DNA from: an uncultured Methanoregulaceae archaeon
GTDB lineage: Archaea; Halobacteriota; Methanomicrobia; Methanomicrobiales; Methanospirillaceae
Assembly: GCA_963705255.1 (NCBI GenBank)
Contig: OY970061.1
Span: 576,001-640,000 of the forward strand
DNA: 64,000 bases
Direction of reading: 5' to 3'
Under the pieces are notes generated by a model. That model was not told the origin of the DNA. It worked only from the letters and a program-made list of their open reading frames with translations, and did not search any database. The translations under genes and the position numbers were made by a program. This document shows positions 21,061 through 31,415 of the stretch, piece by piece; positions within the stretch are counted from its first letter, which is position 1, and each line of letters begins with the position of its first letter.

Positions 21061-21933
21061 ATGATCATCTACTATGATGGGAAATACCTGCCGGACGACC
21101 AGGCAAAAGTTTCGGTGTTTGATCACGGGTTCCTCTATGGTGATGGCGTTTTCGAAGGGATCCGGGCTTATAACGGAAGGATATTCCGGTTAAAGGAGCA
21201 CATTGACCGGCTCTATGATTCCGCCCAGACCATTGATCTCCACCCGCCCATCTCCAAGGAGGAGCTGACTGAAGCCATCTGCGAGACCCTGCGCAGGAAT
21301 AACCTTAAAGATGCCTATATCCGCCCGATCATAACCCGGGGCGTCGGGGACCTCGGGCTCGACCCGCGGAAGTGCCCGAAAGCGTCGGTCATTGTCATTG
21401 CCGTGACCTGGGGGGCGATGTACGGGGACCTGTACGAGAAGGGCCTCAGGGCCGTCACGGTCTCCATCCGCCGGAATCCCGCAGAATCCATGCCGCCGAA
21501 TGTCAAGAGCCTCAATTATCTCAACAACATCCTCGCGAAGATCGAGGCAAACTACAAAGGAGGGGACGAGGCGATATTCTTCGATACGAACGGGTATATA
21601 TCCGAAGGTTCCGGCGACAACCTGTACATTGTCAAGAACGGGGAGATCGTCACCCCGCCCACGCTCAATAACCTCCGTGGTATTACCCGCATGGTACTGC
21701 TGGAGATCGCAAGGTCCCTGGGAATCACGGTCAAAGAACAGAACATCGGTTACTTTGACCTGTATACCGCGGATGAGATGATCTGTACCGGAACCGCCGC
21801 TGAAGTCGCCCCGATCACCTGGGTCGATGGGCGCACGATCGGCTCCGGTAAGCCCGGCCCGGTGACCCGTCAGCTGATGGCAGCGTTCAAGGCAGTCACG
21901 GAAAAAGAAGGGTATCCCATTAATAAGAAATAA
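21061..21933 (+). CDS. ilvE: Branched-chain amino acid aminotransferase
   Basis: [29 protein letters not shown]. Confidence 0.95.
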   Translation: MIIYYDGKYLPDDQAKVSVFDHGFLYGDGVFEGIRAYNGRIFRLKEHIDRLYDSAQTIDLHPPISKEELTEAICETLRRNNLKDAYIRPIITRGVGDLGLDPRKCPKASVIVIAVTWGAMYGDLYEKGLRAVTVSIRRNPAESMPPNVKSLNYLNNILAKIEANYKGGDEAIFFDTNGYISEGSGDNLYIVKNGEIVTPPTLNNLRGITRMVLLEIARSLGITVKEQNIGYFDLYTADEMICTGTAAEVAPITWVDGRTIGSGKPGPVTRQLMAAFKAVTEKEGYPINKK

Positions 21934-22176
21934 TTTTTTCCGGAATTCCGTTCAGTTCAGCAGGTAATGTGCTCGTACTTGATCCAGTTATTGAATACGT
22001 AATTCGTAATAATGCCGGTTTTTCTTACACGTTCCTGATGGTCCGCGTTATGTTCGTGCTTTTCACGCATTGAACTTTTTTACCGCTCTCAGGAATTCCT
22101 GGAGGGAGCTTATGTGGTTACTTGTATTTCCATAACCTATTTATGACGTTACGTGAAACTACATAGAGCAACGTGT

Positions 22177-22251
22177 GCTGCTATAGTGTAGACCGGCCAA
22201 TCATGCGGGCCTTTCACGCCCGCGACTGGGGTTCAAATCCCCATAGCAGCA
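22177..22251 (+). tRNA. tRNA-Glu (anticodon TTC)
   Basis: GCTGCTA/TAGCAGC acceptor stem, CGGGC-CTTTCAC-GCCCG anticodon arm, GTTCAAATC. Confidence 0.95.
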
Positions 22252-22312
22252 TCCCGGTTTTAAGGATACATTCCGTCCAACGGCCCGATTGAATCAAAAT
22301 TTAAAAGAATAA

Positions 22313-23041
22313 TCATTCGTACTCGCCACGCACCAGGACAACGGTGATCGTCCCTTCGCTCCCGGCAGAGAGTGCTTTTTGTATCAGCTCTTCGCAGGCT
22401 GCTTCGAGATTATTGCCGTTCTCCATAACGATATCCTGGATGGTATCTCTCTTCACATAATCGTACAAGCCGTCCGAGCTCAGTAACAGGAACGAGTCGC
22501 GTATGTTCAGCTCGGTAAAATCATCGTCCTTCAGGACCCGCGGTTCGCCGAGTGCATGGGAGACCATTTTTGAAAGCTGGGGGTTTTGTCCCGTCTGCTC
22601 CCGCGAATGACTGTCCCGCCCTCTGGTTTCAGGGAAAGCATGGTCCCGTGGGGTTGTAATTCCATCTGAATTGATAATGTAGATACTGCCGTCACCGATA
22701 TCGAGGGCCGTGCAGTCCAGGTTGTCATCAACCAGGCATGCAACGATCTGCGTACCCATGCCTGATCTCTCACGGGACTGTTCGGATTTCTGGCGGATCT
22801 CCCTGTCTGCATCATGGACCGCATTCTCCAGGGTCGTTCTCGGGGATCCATCTATTTTGCGGACTGCACGTATCAGCGACGAAATTGCAATATCACTTGC
22901 AATCCTTCCTGCAGGATGACCGGCAAGACCATCTGCGACTGCAAACACGGAGAAGTTGCCGATTCTCTCAGCGCAAAATGAGTCCTCGTTCGTGTCCTGG
23001 ATCCCTCTTTCCGATAGTGCGATGAAACGGACCGGGGCCAT
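22313..23041 (-). CDS. PP2C/PPM family protein phosphatase (degenerate C-terminal metal motif)
   Basis: NEDS, VADGLAGH, MGT, SSDGL; EGTIT in place of DNIT. Confidence 0.8.
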   Translation of the reverse strand: MAPVRFIALSERGIQDTNEDSFCAERIGNFSVFAVADGLAGHPAGRIASDIAISSLIRAVRKIDGSPRTTLENAVHDADREIRQKSEQSRERSGMGTQIVACLVDDNLDCTALDIGDGSIYIINSDGITTPRDHAFPETRGRDSHSREQTGQNPQLSKMVSHALGEPRVLKDDDFTELNIRDSFLLLSSDGLYDYVKRDTIQDIVMENGNNLEAACEELIQKALSAGSEGTITVVLVRGEYE

Positions 23042-23270
23042 ACCATCCGGGTGTCACGCGGTAAAATAATCCTTTTGTTGTTGCCAAAAACCGGAGGGAA
23101 CCAATACCTTTTGGAATTCGTATATAATTTTTGGGTGATAATCAGGAAAATATTCCACAAGGATAGCGCGGAGTAGCATTATTAAGGATACCGGGTTCGT
23201 CCGGAATATCAGGATCCGGCAGTTGGGTCTGTAAGCGCCTTCGCAATGCCTCAAATGGCAGAAAAAAGAT

Positions 23271-24923
23271 TTAGTGAGTCGCAGTCGTCGTAGCGGTAGT
23301 ATTTACCGTTGTTGTTACCGGGATAGGAATTTTTGTCAGGGTTGGCGTAGGAGTCGGAGTTGGTGACGGTTTGAGATTTGCCTGGATATCGACGGTCCCT
23401 TCCGGCGTATTGGTTGATTTCTGCAGTACCAGGCTGCCATCCTTATAAAGTTCCACCAGAAGGCTGTCGGCCGAACCGTCCGATTTCTGGATGTTGGCAA
23501 TGACCGTTCCCACACTCGTGGATATCTGGTACACCTGGTCGCCGGTGCCGCCGACCTCGGTCAGGCTTCCGGGCGTTCCCACCGATCCCGCGAAATTATG
23601 GGGATACACGACCCGGACCCAGACCCCGGTACTAGGAATTATGACCTGCGGCGTTGATGAAGGGATCGGGGTTACCACAGCAGATACTGTTGTCGGGACC
23701 GGGGATGGTGTGGGTGTTGCAACCGTTGTGGCCACCGTAACGGGCAATGGTGTCGGGGTAACGGCAGGAGTTGGGGTGTTTCCGCCAGCGAGCGGGTGTA
23801 CAAACAGGAAAACGCCGGCAACTACGGCAATAATGATGATGGCAAGGACCCCTGCCACAAGGTATCTTGAACGCTTCCGGCCCGGCGATGGTACCGGGAG
23901 ATGCGGAGGTGGTGAGGTTGGAGCCCCGGGCGCAGTGACCGGAACTTCAGGCGAATCTCCGGTCGAAATGACCGGCCATTTTATGTCAGAGATAGAAGTT
24001 TCCGGCTGCGTGACCTCCGGAATGTGTCCGGCCTGTGGAATCGGATGGTGTTTCGGGATGATGGGTGCAGGTTCCGTACGGGGGACGGAATCTTCGATGA
24101 GGGGTTCGATTGAATGAATTACCTGTTCGATAGGCCTTTCTTTTTTATCGGCAGCTGCGCCGAAAACCGGGGGGAGCGGGACCTGGACCTGCGGAACAAC
24201 CGGCGCCGGAGCCACTTCCTGGGGTATAACCTGGGGAGGGACCGGAACTGGGGCCGTTTCAGCAGCGGGAGTTCCCAGATCTGACTCCTGTACGACGGGT
24301 GTCCCGCAGCGGTTACAGAAAGCGGATTCCGGGGGTACCCGGTTACCGCAACGGTTGCAGAAGGAGCCCGTTGGCAGCGACGTCGTCTCAATGGGTTTTG
24401 GCATGGCAGGTACCGAGTCAACAATCTTTTTCATCGGCCGGGAGATCTCAATCTTCTTTTTTGGTGCCTGGATTGTCGGTGCCCCGCCAACTTCCGATCT
24501 TGGCGGGACGGGCTCTTCATGTTCCGGTACCTGTTGTGGCTCTACGGACGACGGGGTATCCTGCTGTACCGGATGCTGAAATACCGGTGACAGGTGTTGC
24601 TTAAGAATCCCGATCCATTCATCGCACTCCCTCTTTCGTTCCCCGCCGCTGGTTTTTGTGAACGTCAGGATCATCTGGCGGGTCGCGCCACTGCTGGTGA
24701 TGAGCGAGAGTGTGATGGTCGGGTCACGGATAGCATTCTCACCTTCTTCCACATTTCTGAGCGTTGCAAGCAGGATCTCCTGGGGCGGGATCAGGTGTTT
24801 TTTGCTGTCCACAAGAATGAGACGTCTGTTGGTGAGTATGGCCTCAAATGATACGGATTTGACCTTGACGTTCTGCGCATTCAAAAGGATTGATTCGTCA
24901 TGATACAGATCAGGATATGCCAT
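23271..24923 (-). CDS. Single-pass membrane protein: PH-like N-domain, zinc ribbon, Pro-rich linker, TM helix, extracellular domain
   Basis: LTNRRLI motif; FCNRCG..FCNRCG; TM 'YLVAGVLAIIIIAVVAGVFLFV'; PT-rich linkers. Confidence 0.75.
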   Translation of the reverse strand: MAYPDLYHDESILLNAQNVKVKSVSFEAILTNRRLILVDSKKHLIPPQEILLATLRNVEEGENAIRDPTITLSLITSSGATRQMILTFTKTSGGERKRECDEWIGILKQHLSPVFQHPVQQDTPSSVEPQQVPEHEEPVPPRSEVGGAPTIQAPKKKIEISRPMKKIVDSVPAMPKPIETTSLPTGSFCNRCGNRVPPESAFCNRCGTPVVQESDLGTPAAETAPVPVPPQVIPQEVAPAPVVPQVQVPLPPVFGAAADKKERPIEQVIHSIEPLIEDSVPRTEPAPIIPKHHPIPQAGHIPEVTQPETSISDIKWPVISTGDSPEVPVTAPGAPTSPPPHLPVPSPGRKRSRYLVAGVLAIIIIAVVAGVFLFVHPLAGGNTPTPAVTPTPLPVTVATTVATPTPSPVPTTVSAVVTPIPSSTPQVIIPSTGVWVRVVYPHNFAGSVGTPGSLTEVGGTGDQVYQISTSVGTVIANIQKSDGSADSLLVELYKDGSLVLQKSTNTPEGTVDIQANLKPSPTPTPTPTLTKIPIPVTTTVNTTATTTATH

Positions 24924-25004
24924 GCAACCACTCTCTCGAATATAATTACGTCACCCGGATACAATAAGTGTTTGTGAAAGTCCGGGCCATGGCTTGAGTC
25001 CGCT

Positions 25005-26282
25005 TCAGAGAATTTCACGCCCGTTCATAGAGGGCCGGAGGATATCCGGTACCCTGACCGATCCATCATCCTGCTGGTAATTCTCCAGGATTGCACGGAG
25101 TACCCGCGATGTTGCGACAGCAGTCGAATTGAGGGTGTGGACGTGCCGCTTTGATTCAAAATCGCTCTTGTCCCGCACCCTGATATTGAGGCGCACAGCC
25201 TGGTACGTGGTGCAGTTGCTGCAGGAGACCACTTCCCGGTAGGCCCCTTCACGCGGCATCCATACCTCAATGTCATATTTCTTCGCGGCAACCGTACCGA
25301 TGTCGCCGGTACAGATGTTCACGACCCGGTAGGGGAGGCCGAGACTCCGGAATATCTCTTCGGCATTCGCCAGCAGTTCCTCATGGATCTGCCACGAATC
25401 TTCCGGATTGCAGTACACGAACTGTTCGACTTTGGTGAACTGGTGGACCCTGAAAAGTCCTTTCGTGTCAAGACCGTGCGCCCCGATCTCACGCCGGAAA
25501 CACGGGGAGATGCCGGCAAGCTTCAGAGGAAGATCTTTCTCTTCAAAGATCTCGTCCTGGTACATCGCACCGATTGGGTGTTCGCTGGTAGCGATCAGGT
25601 AGGCATCGTCGCCGTCGATCTTGTACATGACCTTCTCGAAATCCCCGAGATCTGTCACACCTTCGTAGGATGTGCGGTTGATCATGTAAGGAGGGATAAC
25701 CGGGGTAAATCCTTTCTGTACAAGCAGGTCGATTGCGTAGCGCTGGAGGGCCATATCGAGAAGGACAAGGCTCCCTTTCAGGAAATAAAACCCTGCCCCG
25801 CTTGTCTTTGCAGCCCGCTCGAAATCGGCCCAGCCCTGTTCGGCAGCCAGCTGGCCATGGTTTTTGATCTCGAAACTGAACGTTCCCGGGGTCCCGTTCC
25901 TCCGGATCTCAACATTTTCGGTATCGTCTTTTCCTACGGGAACACTTTCATGTAACATATTGGGGAGGCGCATCAGGTACGAGCGGATTGCCACCCGGAT
26001 CTCTTCCTGTTCGGTATCATAGTCCCTGATCTTCCGGGGCAGCTCGGCTGCTTCAGCCAGGAGGGCCGTTACCTCCCGGCCGGCTTTTTTGCCGGCGTTG
26101 ATATCCCGTGCGATGGTATTCCTCCGCTGGCGGAGTCTGTCAGCCTCGACCTTGAGTTCACGGGACCGGGCATCCTTTGCAAGCAGGTCATCGACCCATG
26201 CTATCTTTTCGGGATCATTTCGTTTCCTGAGATCTGCTTTTACGCTAGCGGGGCTGGCCCGCACGAACCTGATATCAAGCAT
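25005..26282 (-). CDS. serS: Serine-tRNA ligase (bacterial/canonical type)
   Basis: MLDIRFVR, ATSEHP, CFRREIG, HQFTKVE, SCSNCT, HTLNST. Confidence 0.96.
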   Translation of the reverse strand: MLDIRFVRASPASVKADLRKRNDPEKIAWVDDLLAKDARSRELKVEADRLRQRRNTIARDINAGKKAGREVTALLAEAAELPRKIRDYDTEQEEIRVAIRSYLMRLPNMLHESVPVGKDDTENVEIRRNGTPGTFSFEIKNHGQLAAEQGWADFERAAKTSGAGFYFLKGSLVLLDMALQRYAIDLLVQKGFTPVIPPYMINRTSYEGVTDLGDFEKVMYKIDGDDAYLIATSEHPIGAMYQDEIFEEKDLPLKLAGISPCFRREIGAHGLDTKGLFRVHQFTKVEQFVYCNPEDSWQIHEELLANAEEIFRSLGLPYRVVNICTGDIGTVAAKKYDIEVWMPREGAYREVVSCSNCTTYQAVRLNIRVRDKSDFESKRHVHTLNSTAVATSRVLRAILENYQQDDGSVRVPDILRPSMNGREIL

Positions 26283-26526
26283 GGATAATTCTCCTGTCCT
26301 GCTCTCCTGTTCAATAGTATATGCACTCCATCATAATTAATCGCCTTCTCCGGAATGTCCGGGGCTGGATTTTCTGGTACTATGAGAGGACAGACAACAA
26401 GGAAAAAGAGATGGCGATGGGTCCGTTGACACGACATGCAGCGCTGATGGAACTGCTTTTCAATACCATCCTGCGTTTGCACTTCCGACCCAGGTATGAA
26501 ATAAACGTTCCTTGCCGTGGGGAAGA

Positions 26527-27051
26527 TCACCACTCGACAGCGGTAATTCTGCGGATGATCTCTGCTGCAAATTCCTTTGAGGCTGCCGGGCCGTTCGCCG
26601 TGATGATCCTGCCGTCAGTAACCACGGACTTGTTCACGAGGACGGCACCACCGATCTTCATCTCCCGGAATGATAACGGGTTTTCATAATACGTGGCTTT
26701 TTTCCCTTTCAGGATCCCGGCCCGTGCAAGTACTACCGGGGCGAGGCAGATCGCAGCCACCACCTTTCCTTTCGGAGGGAAATATTTTGTAATCTCCCTC
26801 AGGAGATCATCTTCCCACAGGTGAACCTGGGAGCCGGATCCGCCAACGATAAGGAGAGCTTCGTATTGTTTCGGATCAACCTCTTCAAAAGATAACGTAG
26901 CCGTTGCCCGTGCACCAAGCATGCCAACACAGGATCCCCGACGGGTCGAAGCGATCTCGTATTCTATCCCGGCCTGCGTGAGTGCAGCCACAGGCTCGGC
27001 CAGCTCCTCATCCCTGAATTTCTCGGGAGCGATGGCGATCAGGATCTTCAT
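26527..27051 (-). CDS. DJ-1/PfpI family protein
   Basis: FRDEE, VGGSG, AAICLAP, ITANGP. Confidence 0.9.
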   Translation of the reverse strand: MKILIAIAPEKFRDEELAEPVAALTQAGIEYEIASTRRGSCVGMLGARATATLSFEEVDPKQYEALLIVGGSGSQVHLWEDDLLREITKYFPPKGKVVAAICLAPVVLARAGILKGKKATYYENPLSFREMKIGGAVLVNKSVVTDGRIITANGPAASKEFAAEIIRRITAVEW

Positions 27052-27333
27052 GATCAACGGGAGATCTTTTGTTCATATAACTGTATTGGCTTTTCGCTTT
27101 GGTGTGAAAAATCATGGAATGTTTTTGCGGAACCGTTCATTGTCCCCCGGGAAACCGTTTTTATTGCGGTCGCACAAACCGGAGGGCCTGCTGATGGTGA
27201 AACGCCGGAAGAAAGAGAAGAATGCGACAAGAATTTTTTTGGGTTTTTACTCATTTTATGACAAAATTTAACCCGGAAATCCAAACAAGGCGCGGTGGTA
27301 CGAAATTATTATAAACGTCCGATGTCTATCCCT

Positions 27334-27420
27334 ATGCAGGACGTCATCATTGGTGACTTTCTTCAACTGCCATTCAGATCGAGTGGATCGAATGGGGGGA
27401 TGACCGGCACAATGAACTGA
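27334..27420 (+). promoter_or_regulatory. Candidate leader ORF / structured 5' leader of the Mg2+ transporter operon
   Basis: TATA-like TTATTATAAA at 27306-27314; 28-codon ORF MQDVIIGDFLQLPFRSSGSNGGMTGTMN; several alternative pairings. Confidence 0.45.
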
Positions 27421-27446
27421 AAAAACACTATAAGAAAGGGCATACC

Positions 27447-28715
27447 ATGGATTTTTTATCGAAGTTTTATTTTAATTACAGCAAGCTCATCAAGACCATC
27501 AAGATCTACCTGCTGCTTGCCGGACCAGGCCTCATTGTCATGATCGCCGACAACGATGCCGGTGGGATCACCACGTACGCCGCAACCGGCGCAAAGTACG
27601 GGTACGGCCTCATCTGGTTCCTCGTCCTGCTCGGGCCGGTTGCATATTTTGTACAGGAAATGACGGTACGGCTGGGGGCCGTCACCAAGCATGGGCACGC
27701 AGAGGCGATCTTCAGCGCGTTCGGCTCGTTCTGGGGATGGTTCTCGCTCCTTGACCTCACCGTTGTCAACTGGCTCACGATGGTCACCGAGTTCATCGGC
27801 ATGACTGCGGCGCTCAGCATCTTCGGTGTTCCACCCGCCATCACGGTAGGCATAGTCATCCTCGTGATGTTTGGCATCGTTTTGTCTGGGAGGTACTGGA
27901 CGTGGGAGAAGATCACCATGGCCTTCTGTCTTGTCAATCTCATCTACATACCGGCGGCGATACTCGTCCACCCTTCGGTCCCCGATATCCTCCGGAACGG
28001 GATCGTCCCCAACTTCCCGGGAGGGTTCAATGGCGAACTCTTCTTCCTGCTGATGGCAAACATCGGGACTACGATCGCGCCCTGGATGATCTTCTTCCAG
28101 CAGAGCGCGGTCGTTGACAAGCAGATGAAGGAGAAGGACATTCCGTGGGGGAAATTCGACACGGTTGTCGGTGCAATCTTTACCGTTCTCGTCGCGGTAT
28201 TCATTATCATCGTGACCGGGACCCTGCTCTACGGTATGAACATCGAGAGTGCCGCCCAGGCCGCCCAGGTCATGATGGGAATGCACCCGTGGGTGGGGAC
28301 GCTCATCGCCATCGGTCTCTTCGATGCCGGGTTTCTGGGAGCAATCTGCATTGCGCTCACCAACTCGTGGGCATTCGGGGAAGTCTTCGGATGGGCGCAC
28401 TCGCTGAACTACAAAGTCAGAGAGGCGCTCTGGTTCTACGTCTTCTACTTCATCGGCCTTGTCACCGCAGGGGCGGTCGTGCTCATTCCGGGAGCACCGC
28501 TGGTGCTGATCACGCTCTTCGTTCAGGTGATCGCAGTGACCCTCCTGCCGGCTGCGCTGGTATTTTTGATCATCCTCCTGAACAACGAGGAGATCATGGG
28601 GAAATACAAAAATACCCGCTTCGACAATATAGCGAACATAACAATCGTCGTGTGCATCATCGTCGTGTCTTCACTGTACGGTATCAGCACGCTGTTCCCG
28701 AATTTGTTCGGGTAA
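27447..28715 (+). CDS. Nramp-related divalent cation (probably Mg2+) transporter
   Basis: GPGLIVMIADNDAGGITTY and GTTIAPWMIFFQ (NRMT-type variants of the DPGN/MPH motifs); ~11 TM helices. Confidence 0.85.
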   Translation: MDFLSKFYFNYSKLIKTIKIYLLLAGPGLIVMIADNDAGGITTYAATGAKYGYGLIWFLVLLGPVAYFVQEMTVRLGAVTKHGHAEAIFSAFGSFWGWFSLLDLTVVNWLTMVTEFIGMTAALSIFGVPPAITVGIVILVMFGIVLSGRYWTWEKITMAFCLVNLIYIPAAILVHPSVPDILRNGIVPNFPGGFNGELFFLLMANIGTTIAPWMIFFQQSAVVDKQMKEKDIPWGKFDTVVGAIFTVLVAVFIIIVTGTLLYGMNIESAAQAAQVMMGMHPWVGTLIAIGLFDAGFLGAICIALTNSWAFGEVFGWAHSLNYKVREALWFYVFYFIGLVTAGAVVLIPGAPLVLITLFVQVIAVTLLPAALVFLIILLNNEEIMGKYKNTRFDNIANITIVVCIIVVSSLYGISTLFPNLFG

Positions 28716-28730
28716 GGAGGGATTTAGAGA

Positions 28731-28946
28731 ATGGAATCAATCGAAAGAGTATTCGGGGAACGGATCGGAAGTATCATCAGTGAATCGACGGGGAAGATCC
28801 GCAGCATTAACCAGAAATATGCAACGCCGAAGATCAAACTGACGGGAGGGGCAAAATTTGCGCTCCTCTTCCTCAGGTTCTACCTTATCTTCCTGGTTGT
28901 CCTGCTCGCGTACAAGTTCTGGACGATCGTTCACGGGAGTGCATGA
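28731..28946 (+). CDS. Small single-TM protein in the Mg2+ transporter operon
   Basis: AAGGAGG ribosome-binding site; 71 aa with hydrophobic C-half; stop overlaps next start (ATGA). Confidence 0.7.
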   Translation: MESIERVFGERIGSIISESTGKIRSINQKYATPKIKLTGGAKFALLFLRFYLIFLVVLLAYKFWTIVHGSA

Positions 28947-30232
28947 TGGCGCAGCAGGATAGCGCGAACAGCTCCGCGATGGCAGGAGACCTCGTGATCC
29001 TCCTCTCCGATATCCTGAATGTCCCTGTCCTGCGTTCCGGGAAAAAAATCGGTTTGCTCACCGATCTGGTGATCGCAGAGACCGCGAAGATCCCTGAAGT
29101 GCGGTCCCTGTACGTCTCCCGGTCGTTCGGCAACCCGAGCCTTCTCATCCCGTGGGAGAATGTCCACACCCTCACCGGGAGAGGGATCGAGGTCATCATC
29201 AGCGACCTCAAGCCCTATGAGGCGGAACCAGCCGAGGATGTCATCCTCCTCCGCGACTACGTACTCGACAAGAAGGTCATCGATCTCGAGGAGAACGAGG
29301 TGGAGGTGGTGTACGACATCCGGCTCGTCCTCCGGAACAAGAAACTCTATGTCACCGATGTCGATACCGGGAAGGCAGCCCGTCTCCGCAGGCTCGGGTT
29401 CGGGTTCCTCGCGAAAGTTCTCTATTCCTCTGTTGATCCCGAGGCAGAGCAGATGATCCCCTGGACATGCATCCAGCCGCTCCCGACCAACATCGGCCGG
29501 TTCAAGGGCAACGTCAAGCTGAATGTCCTAAAAGAGAATCTTTCGGAGATCCATCCCGTCGATCTCGCAGACATCCTCGAAGAGGTGGACCACGACCAGC
29601 GGGTCATGCTCTTCTCAACCCTCGATCACGAGCACGCGAGCGATACTCTCGAGGAGATCGAGCCGAAGGTGCAGCGCGAGATCATCTCCTCGCTGTCAAC
29701 GGAGAAGGTCGTCCAGCTCATCAACGATATGACCCCCGGTCAGGCGGCTGACATCCTCTCCGGCCTGCCGTCGGCGGAGGCCCATGTCATCCTTGACGCC
29801 ATGAACGCTGAGAGCGCACGGAAGGTCCAGGCTATCATCAACCGGCAGGAAGAGAAGGTCATCCACTATACCACCCAGAAGATCCTGAAATTCCCTCCGG
29901 ACACGACCGTCGAGTATGTCCAGAATGACTACCCTCGCCATGCCCGGGACAAAGATGTTATCATGTACATCTACGTTGTCGACGAGAACGATCGCCTGAT
30001 CGGCGTCATCGATTTAAAGGAGCTCCTGCAGGCCGATGACAAGGCATTCCTCCGGGACGTCATGGTCGAGAACGTGATCAGCCTCCCGACCGGGAGCACT
30101 CTCAAGGAAGGTGCACAGGAATTTGCGCGGTACGGGTTCCGTGCCCTGCCGGTTGTCGACGAGGAGAACCGTCTCGTTGGTGTAATCCCGTACCGGGACG
30201 TCATGAACCTGACCCATCACTTTGTCGAGTGA
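28943..30232 (+). CDS. Soluble MgtE-like regulatory protein (PRC barrels, MgtE-N, CBS pair; no TM domain)
   Basis: IHPVDLADILEE, DM.PGQAADIL, YIYVVD..RLIG, LPVVD..RLVG. Confidence 0.85.
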   Translation: MMAQQDSANSSAMAGDLVILLSDILNVPVLRSGKKIGLLTDLVIAETAKIPEVRSLYVSRSFGNPSLLIPWENVHTLTGRGIEVIISDLKPYEAEPAEDVILLRDYVLDKKVIDLEENEVEVVYDIRLVLRNKKLYVTDVDTGKAARLRRLGFGFLAKVLYSSVDPEAEQMIPWTCIQPLPTNIGRFKGNVKLNVLKENLSEIHPVDLADILEEVDHDQRVMLFSTLDHEHASDTLEEIEPKVQREIISSLSTEKVVQLINDMTPGQAADILSGLPSAEAHVILDAMNAESARKVQAIINRQEEKVIHYTTQKILKFPPDTTVEYVQNDYPRHARDKDVIMYIYVVDENDRLIGVIDLKELLQADDKAFLRDVMVENVISLPTGSTLKEGAQEFARYGFRALPVVDEENRLVGVIPYRDVMNLTHHFVE

Positions 30233-30536
30233 GAGGTCATCAGACCTCGAAGTGGAGAAGATTTCCGAAGGAAATCTTCGACCAGCGAGAGGTCATCACA
30301 AGTCGAAGGTCGGCTGACGCCTCCCTTCTCCTCGTCGAGGTCTGACGACCTCTCCGAACTCGAAGAACGCTGATGCGTTCCATCGAAGAACCCTTCGGTT
30401 TCTTCTCCTGTCTCAAGTCTGATGACTTTCGACATTCTCCAGCCAGCCCTGCCCTTCGGGAACGGCATACTACGGCAAGTCGAAGAATGCTAATGCATTC
30501 TTCTCCATCCAGCCCTGCCCTGCGGGCACGGCAGGC
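30231..30536. repeat. Cluster of GGAGAAG..CTTCGA-footed hairpins (family B)
   Basis: Units at 30231-30250, 30254-30281, 30303-30331, 30335-30355, 30383-30408, 30480-30506. Confidence 0.8.
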
Positions 30537-30596
30537 TCCCCAAAGCAATAGTCTATCTGCCCGAAAATCTTACAGCTGGGACAGGAGATACAGGAC

Positions 30597-31379
30597 ATGA
30601 AAATTGCAACCGGCGGAAAGGGGGGTGTTGGCAAGACGTTCATAGCAGGCAGTCTTGCGGCATACTTTGCCGGTTCCAGGCGCCGGGTCATCGCAATTGA
30701 TGCCGATGCGTCTCCCAGACCTCGCGCTTACCCTTGGCCTGTCCGCTGATGAGGCCTCCCGTATTCTGCCGATAGCGGAGAACAAGGACCTGATCCAGCT
30801 GAAGACCGGCACCGGTTACTCCGGTGTATTCCGGCTCACATTCACGGTCGATGATATCATCGGCAGGTATGCAGTCCCGACACCGGCCGGAGTGAATCTT
30901 CTTGTCATGGGCACCGTAAAATCCATGGGAGGGGGGTGCACCTGCCCGGCCCATTCTGTAGTAAAGGCACTGATGCGCCATCTTGTGGTCGAGCGTGACG
31001 AGATTGTCATACTTGATATGGAAGCCGGGATCGAACACCTCGGCCGGGGTACTGCAGAGCATGTCGATATCCTCCTTGTTGTCAGCGACGCAAATAAAAG
31101 ATCACTGGATGTTGCAGCAACGATCTGCCGGCTTGCGAAGGAATCGGATATTCCCCGCATAGGCCTCGTGGGAAACAGAGTCTCCGATCCCCGCCATGAG
31201 ACCGCGATCCGGGATTTTGCCGGAAAGTACAGACCTCCCTGTTATTGCACTCATCCCTTTTGACCAGGTAATCGCAGAGCGCCGGTATCTCCGGTGAACC
31301 AATTGAACCATCGTCTTCTGTAGCACTTCAGGCAATCGGGGATCTCGCGCGAAATCTGGAGGGAAATTTCAATGAATGA
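30597..31379 (+). CDS. cooC: CooC/AcsF-type nickel-insertion ATPase; frameshifts near 30718 and 31230-31280
   Basis: MKIATGGKGGVGKT, IDAD, GGGCTC, DMEAGIEHLGRGT spread over different frames. Confidence 0.85.
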
Positions 31380-31415
31380 CCTATCCCGATATCCGGCTTT
31401 GCAGGGAGGAGACTG

